The position numbers and the translations under genes were made by a program. From positions 2,560,001-2,624,000 of the forward strand of contig OZ245365.1 of the NCBI GenBank assembly GCA_965226495.1: a stretch of DNA of 64,000 bases, in the 5' to 3' direction. Within the stretch, counting starts at the first letter, position 1. Each line of letters begins with the position of its first letter. Below the pieces are notes generated by a model, which searched no databases, was not told the DNA's origin, and saw only the letters and a list, made by a program, of their open reading frames with translations. Source of the DNA: Candidatus Marinacidobacterales bacterium. GTDB lineage: Bacteria > Acidobacteriota > Vicinamibacteria > Marinacidobacterales > DATDRI01. Positions 10,079 to 20,839 of the stretch are shown in pieces.

Positions 10079-11629
10079 TCAGTTGCCGAGCTTGTTCCGG
10101 ACCCCCTCCACTTCGGCCCTCGAGAGACCGCTCCCGCCTCGGGTCACGATGCTCTGTTGCCGGCCGGTAGACTGATCGAGTGCGGTCACTCGGACGATGC
10201 CGTTCAAGTCGATCTCGAAGGAGACTTCGATTTGGAGGACCCCCTTCGGGGCGGGCGCGATGTCGATCATTTGGAACCGCCCCAGCGAGGTGTTGTCGGC
10301 TGCTTCCTTGTTCTCGCCCTGCAGGACGTGAACCTCGACCTTCGTTTGGTTGTCGGTGACGGTCGTGAAGATCCTGGTCTTCTTGGTCGGAATGGCGGCT
10401 TGCCGATCGATGAGAGGAGTAAACGTCCCACCCGCGGTCTCGATACCGAGCGTGTGCGGCGTGACCTCGAGAAGAACGAGGTTGGCGACCTCTCCGGACA
10501 GGATGCCGGTCTGGATGGCGGCGCCCATCGACACGACCTCGTCGGGGTTCACACTTCGGCGGGGTTCGCGGCCGAAGATTCTCTGCACGAACTCGACGAC
10601 CTTGGGCGTACGGGTCTGACCCCCGACCAAGACGACGTCATTGATCTCGTCCCTCGTAATACCGGCGTCCTTCAATGCGGTCACGCACGGCAGTATCGTC
10701 CGCTCGAGCAAGGGATGGATCATCTCTTCGAACTTTTCTCGCGTAAGAACGGCCCTGAGATCCTTGGGGCTGGACTCGTTCCCGGAGATAAAGGGAAGAA
10801 CGATCTCCGACTCAGCGGCCGTAGAGAGCTCGCACTTGGCTCTCTCCGCGGCTTCCTTGAGCTTTTGGACTGCCATGGGGTCCCCGGTGAGATCGCTCTT
10901 GGTATCCCTCTTGAACTCATCGACGAGCCAATTGATGATGAGTTGATCGATGTCCTCGCCCCCGAGATAGGTGTCGCCACCGGTTGCGAGCACCTGGTAA
11001 AGCCCGTCCGTCGCCTCTAGGATCGAGATGTCGAAACTTCCTCCACCCAGGTCGAAAACCGCAAACCTACCGGCCTTCGTCTGTCGGGCTCCATAGGCCA
11101 GAGCAGCCGCAGTAGCGTCGTTCAAGATACGCAGCACCTTGAGGCCTGCCATGTAGCCGGCATCCTTGACGGCCTGCCGCTGCGAATCGTTGAAATAGGC
11201 CGGAGCGGTGATGATGGCGTCTTCCACCGGCTCACCGAGATAGTCTTCCGCCGCCGCCTTCAGTTTCTGAAGGACCATCGCGGAGAGCTCGGAGGGGCTA
11301 TAAATCTTGTCCTCAATTTTGATGTGCGCGTCCCCGTTGTCGGCCTCGACGACCTCGTAGGGAAGAACGTTCTTGGCTCCCTGGACTTCTGGAGAGTCGA
11401 AACGCCGTCCGATCAGCCTCTTGACGGCGTGGACCGTGTTTTGAGGATTGGTCAGTGACTGCTCTTTGGCAATCTGTCCGACCAGCCGCTCGCCCTTGTC
11501 GGAAAAGGCCACGACGGAAGGAGTCGTCCGCGAACCCTCCTGGTTGGGGATGATTTGTGCGGTTCCACCTTCCATCGCGACCATGCACGAGTTGGTCGTG
11601 CCGAGGTCAATGCCGACAACTTTGCTCAT
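10079..11629 (-). CDS. dnaK: Hsp70/DnaK-family chaperone, short (516 aa), lacking the alpha-helical lid
   Basis: GIDLGTTNS, DLGGGSFD, VGGQTRTP, NPDEVV, SBD-beta PAPKGVLQIEVSF; ORF ends just after SGLSRAEVE. Confidence 0.9.
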   Translation of the reverse strand: MSKVVGIDLGTTNSCMVAMEGGTAQIIPNQEGSRTTPSVVAFSDKGERLVGQIAKEQSLTNPQNTVHAVKRLIGRRFDSPEVQGAKNVLPYEVVEADNGDAHIKIEDKIYSPSELSAMVLQKLKAAAEDYLGEPVEDAIITAPAYFNDSQRQAVKDAGYMAGLKVLRILNDATAAALAYGARQTKAGRFAVFDLGGGSFDISILEATDGLYQVLATGGDTYLGGEDIDQLIINWLVDEFKRDTKSDLTGDPMAVQKLKEAAERAKCELSTAAESEIVLPFISGNESSPKDLRAVLTREKFEEMIHPLLERTILPCVTALKDAGITRDEINDVVLVGGQTRTPKVVEFVQRIFGREPRRSVNPDEVVSMGAAIQTGILSGEVANLVLLEVTPHTLGIETAGGTFTPLIDRQAAIPTKKTRIFTTVTDNQTKVEVHVLQGENKEAADNTSLGRFQMIDIAPAPKGVLQIEVSFEIDLNGIVRVTALDQSTGRQQSIVTRGGSGLSRAEVEGVRNKLGN

Positions 11630-11959
11630 TTCTTGGGGCGCGGGTTATGGGCACCTTGGCAAGGCTTCATGGCGTGACCTCTCGATTCAACTTCTCGATT
11701 GGGGGTATTTATAAATTTACACCCTGTGAGTGGTCGCCGTCAAAGGCGGAGGTGATGAGCTTTCACGAGAACCTAAAGCCAGAGATCGATGTACGGACGG
11801 CTATTCGGTAACTTTTAGGGTCGCCAGCCCAACATCCCTCGAAGTAAGCGTCGAACCTTCAAGTTTTTCTGCTTAGACTCTCCGAAACTGTGAAGAGATT
11901 CACGGCCACGACCCATAGCCCGCGCTAGGATCCGAACGAGGGAGACTGAGGAGGTTCGC

Positions 11960-13135
11960 ATGAGCGCCAGACGGTCCCGACCCAAGAAAGAAACGCCCCG
12001 CACTTCCCACGCCCACCTCGGTACTTCCCTTCTGACTTCGGATCGCGAACGAATGGAGGTCGGATGCCTGACCGAGCAGACTCGGCCATTCCAGGAAGTC
12101 CTCTCCAAGCGAATCGTCGGACAGGATGAAGCCAAAGAGAAACTGATTTGCGCGTGCTCCAGAGTCACTTCCGAACTGAGAGACCCGAATCGTCCGGCGT
12201 TGAATTTGCTGCTCCTTGGCCCTACCGGTGTCGGCAAAACGGAGACTGCCAAGGCCTTTGCAGAGACCCTGTTCGGCTCGGAGAACGCGTTAACTCGAGT
12301 CAATTGCGAAGAGTATCCCCATGGGCATGAGCTCGCGAAACTGTTGGGTGCTCCGCCCGGATACGTTGGCCACCACATAGAGCCGCTCTTGAGTCAACGT
12401 CGGATCGGCAAGCACCATCGCCAGGCACTCATTGAAGGTAAGGGTATTGTGGGGGCGAGGCAACTCTCGGCGAGCAGCGTTCCTGAGACAGGGAGTGAGC
12501 TTTCTGTCATCTTGTTCGATGAGATCGAAAAAGCGCATCCGGTTCTCTGGAACTCCATGCTCGGCATTCTCGAGGGCGGTACCCTGACGCTTGGCGACAA
12601 CAGTACGACGGACTTTACTCAATCGATCATCGTGATGACCTCCAACGTCGGCAGTCAAGAGCTGGGTAACCTCTTGGAGAGGAAACCCATGGGTTTCCGC
12701 TCGGCGTCAGAAGACCGGAAGCGTAACGATTCTCGAAAGACAGTTCTGACCGCGGCACGAAACAAATTTCCGATGGAGTTTCTGAATCGTTTCGACGAGA
12801 CGCTCGTTTTCGCCTCACTCGAGCGCCGGCACTTGAAGGCGATCTTCGACAAGTTTCTGGCCGAGATTCACGACCGGGCCATGCGTATGGCGGGCGTTCC
12901 GTTGCTTATCAAAGTAAGTGCGGAGCGGCGGGACTTGATCCTCGAGCGCGGCACCAATCTGGCATTCGGCGCTAGGCCCCTTCGTCGCGCCGTGGAGGCC
13001 GGCCTGGTGGACCCGCTGTCTCGGCTCATCGGCTCGAACCGCGTGAGCGCCGGAGACGTTGTGGATGTCGAGCGAAACGGTGACGAGTTAGTGTTTTATC
13101 GCCGAGCCGTGACCGAGCCGACACTCGTGGTCTGA
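11960..13135 (+). CDS. Stand-alone ClpA/ClpB D2-type AAA+ ATPase (single nucleotide-binding domain)
   Basis: IVGQDEA, Walker A GPTGVGKT, pore loop GAPPGYVG, Walker B ILFDEIEKAH, EFLNRFD, FGARPLRR. Confidence 0.88.
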   Translation: MSARRSRPKKETPRTSHAHLGTSLLTSDRERMEVGCLTEQTRPFQEVLSKRIVGQDEAKEKLICACSRVTSELRDPNRPALNLLLLGPTGVGKTETAKAFAETLFGSENALTRVNCEEYPHGHELAKLLGAPPGYVGHHIEPLLSQRRIGKHHRQALIEGKGIVGARQLSASSVPETGSELSVILFDEIEKAHPVLWNSMLGILEGGTLTLGDNSTTDFTQSIIVMTSNVGSQELGNLLERKPMGFRSASEDRKRNDSRKTVLTAARNKFPMEFLNRFDETLVFASLERRHLKAIFDKFLAEIHDRAMRMAGVPLLIKVSAERRDLILERGTNLAFGARPLRRAVEAGLVDPLSRLIGSNRVSAGDVVDVERNGDELVFYRRAVTEPTLVV

Positions 13136-13212
13136 TGGCCGTCAGTCGACGCGGGGTAACGGACTACGAGCATAATAAGTGACGTCCTCGATTATTCGTC
13201 CGTCTTTGATTT

Positions 13213-14094
13213 TTATGAAAGCGGCGATATTTTCTCGATGGGGACGTAAATATCTGTTTCCCATTTCTCGGGCGGCAAAGTATCAGGGTCGGCCAGATAG
13301 TGATTGTAAGAAGGCTCTTCCCTCAACACAGTCCCTGAAGAGCTCAACCAGGAGCCATAAAGGAAATCGTACTTTTCTTCCAAACCTTCATAAGGGCCCA
13401 CATGGCGGGTCACGGCATAGAGCCCTCCTCCCAACAACACCTCCCGGTGATTCGCGTCAGGTTGAACATTTGGTCCAAAATCGAAGCAACAATCGAACCT
13501 GCATTCTTCTTCGGGAACTCCTCTAGGGTCATCAATCGGGATTCCGTAGATTCCCGTGAAACCCTTTGCTCGGCCCGTCTTCTCCGCCCAGCGAATCAAG
13601 CCTCCGTAGACTTTGAAAAGCCCTTTGTGTGGGCCGACGTGGCGGGAGGCGATCACCTTGAGGGGGTCTACCGACACGAGTCTGACTTCAAGCATCTTTC
13701 TGGTCGTTTGTTTCGGAGGACTGGACAAATCCTCTATCACGGCTTCGAGTTTGTGTGGTTCTTGGCGCAATACGCTGGCACTGAAGCCGGTCACCTCGCG
13801 GAACGCTTTGGCAAACGCCTGAGAAGATTGATAGTCGACGTCAAAAGCAATATCCGTTACAGGTTTTTGGGTGTCTTTCAGCATGACGGCCGCCCGCGCT
13901 AGGCGCAGGCGTCGAAGTGTCCCCGAAGGCGTCTCGCCCGTGATCGCGCGGTAGACTCGATGAAAATGAAAGGGGGAGATTCCGGCGATATCGGCCAGCT
14001 CCTGCAAGGTGGGCGTCGCTTCCACCCGCTGGTTCAAGTGGTCAACCACCCGATGAATGCGCTCGATATAGCTGTCTTTGGTCTTCGGTTTCAT
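13213..14094 (-). CDS. AraC-family regulator with GyrI-like effector domain
   Basis: N-terminal AraC HTH (LADIAGISPFHFHR); C-terminal HVGPY...WETDIYVP. Confidence 0.92.
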   Translation of the reverse strand: MKPKTKDSYIERIHRVVDHLNQRVEATPTLQELADIAGISPFHFHRVYRAITGETPSGTLRRLRLARAAVMLKDTQKPVTDIAFDVDYQSSQAFAKAFREVTGFSASVLRQEPHKLEAVIEDLSSPPKQTTRKMLEVRLVSVDPLKVIASRHVGPHKGLFKVYGGLIRWAEKTGRAKGFTGIYGIPIDDPRGVPEEECRFDCCFDFGPNVQPDANHREVLLGGGLYAVTRHVGPYEGLEEKYDFLYGSWLSSSGTVLREEPSYNHYLADPDTLPPEKWETDIYVPIEKISPLS

Positions 14095-14234
14095 CCTTGC
14101 CCCTCGGCCGGCCTACTTAGCCAGGGGAACACATTAGCAAATGTTTCAGGGATTGGCGTTTCCAGGATTGCTGCTTTTTTTGGAAACCTCCGGCTTGCTT
14201 GCTGGGCGTGAAATCTCTATCCTGCCGTCCTTAC

Positions 14235-15455
14235 ATGGGAAACATCAGACCTGCGTCCATCGTGTCGCCCGAAGACCAGCGCGTTACGTTCGTCGAGCTT
14301 TTTTTTGATCTCGTCTTCGTCTTTTCGGTCACCCAGGTTGTCCGACTGCTCCACCATCACCTGGATTGGACGGGGGTCGGGCAGACCGTCCTCGTCTTCT
14401 GGCTCGTATGGTGGGCGTGGTCGCAGTTCACGTGGGCCCTCAACGCAGCGGACACCACACATGCTGGGGTCGAGCTCCTGACCCTTTTAGCCACCGGCGT
14501 CGCGTTCTTCATGGCGGTTTCCCTCCCCAACGCCTTTTCGGGCGGTGGCGCTTGGTTCGCGGTCCCGTACGTGCTGGTGCGAATCATCGGCTTGGGCCTT
14601 TACATCCGGGTCTCCTTGGATGCGGGGCCGTCGCACCGCACAGCGGTCCGAACCTTCGCGCTACTCTCCGTCGGGGGCCTCGCCGCCGTGCTGGCCGGCG
14701 GATTCGCGGGAGGTAGCACAACGTATTGGCTCTGGGGGATCGCGATCCTGCTCGACATCGTTGCCGCACTCGTGGGCGTGGAGGCCGGTGAGTTCGACCT
14801 ACACCCGGACCATTTCGCGGAACGTCACGGCCTGTTTGTGATCATCGCGCTCGGCGAGTCACTCATCGTGGCCGCAGGCGGGCTTTCAGGCGCGGAACGC
14901 CGAGCCAGATCGCGGTGGGCGCGCTGACTGTGGCGACCACGTGTGCCCTTTGGTGGAGCGGAAATCACGCCGAGCCAGATCGCGGTGGGCGCGCTGACTG
15001 TGGCGACCACGTGTGCCCTTTGGTGGAGCTACTTCGGACGCGCCAAGCCCGGGCTGGACGCCGCCTTGGAAGCGGCGAACGGGCCGGACCGAGCGCCACT
15101 GGGGCGCGACGTGTTCACATTGCTGCACTTCGTGATGATCCTGGGGGTCATCGCGTTCGCCGTGGCAGTCGAGGAGGCGGTCCTCCACCCAACGGACGCT
15201 TTGGGTTTGGAGAGTCGCTTGGCGCTGGCGATGGGCGTCGTCCTCTTCACGGGTGGCATGGCGCTCGCCATGTGGCGCGCAATGAGGAAGCTTCCCCTTT
15301 TCAGGGTGTTCGTCGCAGTCGCTACCGGGATCGGCGTCGTGGCGGCGGCAGGCATTCCGCCCGCGCTGCCCGTAGCCATTGCGTTCGTCGGCGTCACGAC
15401 GATCGCGGTTGCCGAACACCGGACTGACGTTCCGGCCTCCACGATCAACCTCTAA
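14235..15455 (+). pseudogene. ltrA: Low temperature requirement protein A (LtrA), interrupted by an imperfect tandem duplication
   Basis: ELFFDLVFVF and HFAERHGLFVIIALGES motifs; both halves lie in the same frame, separated by TGA 14925-14927 inside the duplicated segment. Confidence 0.85.
14892..15027. repeat. Tandem duplication, 70-bp period (first copy 66 bp, lacking ATCA)
   Basis: cgccgagccagatc...tggtggagc occurs at 14898 and 14968. Confidence 0.95.
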
Positions 15456-15494
15456 CGTCTCTAGTCGGAGACAGGGCGACCCCGCCTCCGCATC

Positions 15495-16010
15495 CTAGCC
15501 CGTGAATTCAGCGATCTGCGAACCGCACTGTTGTGCGTGCACGATCTTCTCGTATTCCTCGCGAGGCACCGAGGGTCCCTTTCGCGTGCAGTGCTCACGG
15601 AAAGCCTTCTCGAGCCCCGAAGCGATCGCTTCAACCGTCATGCGCTCGATCTGTCGCCGCTCTAGCACGTAGGCGAGCTTGCCATCTTTAAACAGCGCGA
15701 TGGAAGGCGACGAGGGCGGGACCTCGTACATCTGCTTGCGAGCACGTTCGGTCGCCTCTCGGTTCACGCCCGCGAAAACGGTAGTCAACTGATCGGGAAT
15801 CACCTCGTTTTGAAGCGCCCGCGTGACTCCCGGTCTGGCGGAACCCGCCGCGCAGCCGCAGACGGAATTGACGACGACGAGCGTCGTTCCGGGTTTCGCG
15901 AGTGCCTCCTCAACTTCTTCAACGGTCGCTAGCGGCGTGACGCCACATTGTGCGAGCTCCTCCCACATCGGTCGAACGGCTTCTGGATCGTAGAGCGGTT
16001 GCATGTTCAA
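15495..16010 (-). CDS. BrxA/BrxB (YphP/YqiW) family bacilliredoxin
   Basis: VVVNSVCGCAAGSARPG (CGC motif), TVFAG, PPSSPSIALFKDG. Confidence 0.9.
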   Translation of the reverse strand: MNMQPLYDPEAVRPMWEELAQCGVTPLATVEEVEEALAKPGTTLVVVNSVCGCAAGSARPGVTRALQNEVIPDQLTTVFAGVNREATERARKQMYEVPPSSPSIALFKDGKLAYVLERRQIERMTVEAIASGLEKAFREHCTRKGPSVPREEYEKIVHAQQCGSQIAEFTG

Positions 16011-16047
16011 TTCATTCCTCCCCTTCGTGCGTTAGTCTTACTCACCA

Positions 16048-16482
16048 CTACTTGTCGCTCACGATACAGGTTCCCCGGTACAGTCGATAACCCGGATCGC
16101 AATCCCAGTCGTGCCCGGAGAAGTCGACGTGAGCGTTCGCCGGAATCTGGACGACCACGCACGATTAGTCGACTTGCCAGTAGCCTCGATCGCAGCCGCT
16201 TCCGCCAGAATCCAAAAAGGCGTTTATTGGCACTTCGAATATGACACATCCCTCGTTGACCTGCCAGTAGCCACGGTTGCACTCCCATCCGTTGCCGAAA
16301 TAGTTCAGGCCGGCGTTTGGAGGGACCTGGATTGGGACGCATAAGTGATCGACTTGCTGGTAACCTGGGTCGCACTCCCAACCGCTGCCGGAGGGCTTCG
16401 CGTGAGCATTGGGAGACTGCTCGATCGGGTCGGCCGGTGCCGATGCCAGCCCAGGAGCGATACGAACCGTCGCTCAACCCAT
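16048..16482 (-). pseudogene. Cys-rich repeat protein (4 x PxNA...W-x-C-x-x-GY...C, EGF-like) with premature stops; absent from ORF track
   Basis: Manual translation: PNAHAKPSGSGWECDPGYQQVDHLC / PPNAGLNYFGNGWECNRGYWQVNEGC / PINAFLDSGGSGCDRGYWQVD*SC / PANAHVDFSGHDWDCDPGYRLYRGTC; stops at 16474-16476 and 16165-16167. Confidence 0.8.
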
Positions 16483-16605
16483 TGCTTCCCGGCTTTCAGT
16501 TCCTGCGACACTAAGACTCTCTCTTTCCTTTCGGGGCGCCTACGAGCCCCCCCAACAACAATGAGGGGGCCCTCTCTGTGATAAAGGCGCGCTATGCCTC
16601 GAGCC

Positions 16606-18258
<1,653 letters not shown>

Positions 18259-18311
18259 TTACTTGCCTTTCTCCGAGCGGACGGCTCGACTTGTTTTGTG
18301 CAAACGCGATG

Positions 18312-18602
18312 TCACGCAATGATCCCAAGCACGTCGTCTTCGCGGAGGATCAGGTATTCCGTATCGTCCAGTGTGATTTCCGAACCGGAATACTTTCCGA
18401 TCAGAACCTTGTCGCCAACCTTGACGTCCAGTGGGAGCTTTTTTCCGTCCTCTAGCACTTTGCCGGAGCCGATGGCGATAACCTTGGCCGTGAGAGATTT
18501 CTCTTTGGCCGTGTCGGGAATGATGATGGAGCCGACTTTTTTTCGGTCGCTCTCCTCGAGGCGCTTAACGACGATATTGTCTTTGATTGGTTTGATTTTC
18601 AT
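18312..18602 (-). CDS. groES: Co-chaperonin GroES
   Basis: MKIKPIKDNIVV...IIIPDTAKEK...YSGSEI...LREDDVLGII; start reassigned to 18602. Confidence 0.96.
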   Translation of the reverse strand: MKIKPIKDNIVVKRLEESDRKKVGSIIIPDTAKEKSLTAKVIAIGSGKVLEDGKKLPLDVKVGDKVLIGKYSGSEITLDDTEYLILREDDVLGIIA

Positions 18603-18720
18603 GGTCTTTCCTCTTCCTTTTAAGGTTGTTCGCTCCGAGGTTCTGTGGGTTTCGGTAGGGGCGGTTTCAAGTAACCCGAATTGGTTCAGGATGGATACAG
18701 TTTTCCCTCCTGAGTTAACC

Positions 18721-18750
18721 ATCATAGGTAAACTTAACTGGGCTTGTCAA
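18721..18750 (-). promoter_or_regulatory. sigma70-type promoter for groES-groEL
   Basis: Minus strand TTGACA-N18-TATGAT in an AT-rich patch; no CIRCE inverted repeat seen. Confidence 0.7.
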
Positions 18751-18993
18751 GTAAATTATTAGAATAAAAAGTCACTTCACTTTATGCAGTTAATCGCTGG
18801 AGAGACGGGCGGGCCCAGCCAGGGGGCAGGAAAGTCCAACAGGGGGCGCGGCTGCCTCACATGGTAGCCCTGCGCATAGTCCTCGCGACGCCGATCTCAT
18901 CACGGAGGAGGCGTGAGGTGTCCTCGTCGCCCACGGACTCGGGTCGTGGGGGCTCAGCGAGAGAGGCTCCCTGACGAGGAGCGCGCGCGGGAC

Positions 18994-20133
18994 TCAGGCA
19001 GGTGCACGCGAGCCCTTCTTGGCGCTTTGCGCGCCGCGCCCGCCGCGCCGTCTCCGACGTCCCAGCGCGACGAGGACGTGGTGCGTGCCCGCATCGTCGG
19101 CGAGAGGAATCGCTTTGGGATCGACCGGTTCGCAGTCGAGCGTTGCCTCCGCGATCCCTCGGCTTCGCCGTTCCGGATTCGAGACGGTGATCTCGTATCG
19201 CGTCCCGCCGAATCGCCACGTGATCCCGTATTCAGGCCAGGACGAGGGGATGCAGGGGTCGATGGCGAAAGTCTCGCCGCGGCGTGTGATTCCAAGAATG
19301 CTTTCCAGACCGGCGCGATACATCCAGCCCGCGGAGCCCGTGTACCAGCTCCAGCCGGCGCGGCCGGCCGACAAGCGGGGACCGTACTCACGCATGCGTT
19401 GAAGAAGTTGCAGAACGAAGGCAGGGTGAAGCACCGCCGGCAAGGGGGGTGGTTTTCCTTGTCCGGCGTGTCCGGCCTGTCCGGCGTGTCCGGCCTCCCC
19501 TGCGGCCTCGATCCCCGCGACATAGGCATCGGCCGCCCGCCGCGCGTCGCGCGCCTCCATCATCTCGTCCGCCAGGCGCCTCAGGTTCTCGATGAGCGCC
19601 AGCTTCAGCATGCTCGGCCAGGCCCAGAGCTCGCCGATCGTCAGCGGAGCGACGGTCTGATAGCTGTTCACAAAACGCAGGAGTTTTTGTCGGTCCAGGC
19701 GACTGTCGCCATGGCGGATGAGCGACACCGCCATGGCATAGACGCGGGCGTGGCCCGCCAGCTCCCGCAACGCGAGCTCGGGGAGCTGGCGGTAGTACCC
19801 TCGCGGAAGGTTGTGGCGGATGTCCCGGACCTCGGAAACCACCAAGTGGAAGTTGTCGAGAAGCCATTCCACCGCCGGCGTGACGAACTCTCCCTCGTGC
19901 ACCTCGTCGGCCAACGAGCGGTACGTGTCGCGGAGGACGCGAGCGTTATCGTCGAAACGTCGAAAGACGCTCCGCGAGCGACGACGGGGATTCGGGTCGA
20001 TCGTGAATCGCGCCGCCAGCGCCTTGGCTGTTTCTTCGAGCCCCTCGACGCTCAAGAGCTCGTCGCGCAGAGGCTTCTCCAGAGGTGCTGCGGGACCGCC
20101 CCGAAAAGAACGCTTCTTGGAGTGCCCGAACAT
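18994..20133 (-). pseudogene. Internally deleted cyclic beta-1,2-glucan synthase (NdvB/Cgs-like): N-terminus fused in frame to the GH94 C-terminal tail
   Basis: EWLLDNFHLV, YYRQLPEL and ELWAWPSMLKLALIENLRRLA (N-term) followed directly by GRAGWSWYTGSAGWMYRAGLESILG and PCIPSSWP (GH94 C-term). Confidence 0.85.
19460..19495. repeat. 4 x 9-bp tandem repeat TGTCCGGC(G/C)
   Basis: Seen directly; encodes AGHAGQAGHAGQ. Confidence 0.9.
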
Positions 20134-20382
20134 GGATTCCTTTGATCATCGAAGCTGGTACCGGATGCCAGCGGGAAGACGGGGTTTGGGCGAGGTCCCG
20201 TCTGGAAACGGGATGCCAGACTTCTTCAGAAGAGCAAGAAGCTCCGAGTCGCTAGCGTGTCACCGGCGGGTATCAGGTTTTGCCGGCACGGAAAAGGTCC
20301 CCCTGGATGGGCTCCACAAGGTAGTTTCGGGCGCCTTGGGGGACCTTGTTACGAAGGCTTGTCGTTCTTCGATGATGCGTGG

Positions 20383-20541
20383 TTATTCCGTGGGGACCTT
20401 TGCGACGGCAACCTTCTGCGGCTGCGGGACATTTGCAACCTCCCCTATTTTTTCGGCTAACGCGGAAAACATTCTTCTCCAACGACGCTTCCGCTCGACC
20501 CACCCGTCGTGTTTTCGGCTACTCTGCGACCACTTTCTCAT
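20383..20541 (-). CDS. Small basic hypothetical protein (52 aa)
   Basis: AAGGAGG RBS then MRKWSQSSRKHDGWVERKRRWRRMF...; lies downstream of the minus-strand promoter at 20732-20760. Confidence 0.35.
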   Translation of the reverse strand: MRKWSQSSRKHDGWVERKRRWRRMFSALAEKIGEVANVPQPQKVAVAKVPTE

Positions 20542-20731
20542 TTCGAACCTCCTTCTAGAGAATCATCAATTTTCGTTGAGGCGAGTCGGCATCGCCCCCC
20601 ATCCTTGCGCGCAACCAAAGGCGCGGACGAGAGCGTACAACCCTTCAGGCCACTTTCCTGCTGGCCCAAGGTGGGTTTGAGATAACCCGGTTCATGTTCA
20701 GGGAATCTGAGGCCCGCCCCAGTGCTTCACT

Positions 20732-20760
20732 ATATTAGGTGAATTCACTTGCTTTGTCAA
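20732..20760 (-). promoter_or_regulatory. sigma70-type promoter with palindrome GTGAATTCAC in the spacer (candidate operator)
   Basis: Minus strand TTGACA-N17-TAATAT; aligns with the groES promoter sequence. Confidence 0.6.
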
Positions 20761-20839
20761 GTGACATCTGGAATACTTTCTTTAGGTAACTACTTTCGGT
20801 TAATTCGTTAGCCGCCTGATGCAGGAGGTAAACGCCGTC

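Noticed and set aside
10157-11020. 287-aa ORF antisense to dnaK
   Set aside because: Well-known shadow ORF produced by codon bias on the strand opposite Hsp70 genes.
16007-16477. 156-aa Arg-rich ORF listed in the track
   Set aside because: Wrong frame; the real coding signal is the Cys-repeat frame containing internal stops.
18800-18860. GGAAAGTCC resembling the RNase P P4 motif
   Set aside because: No other RNase P conserved regions or helices follow.
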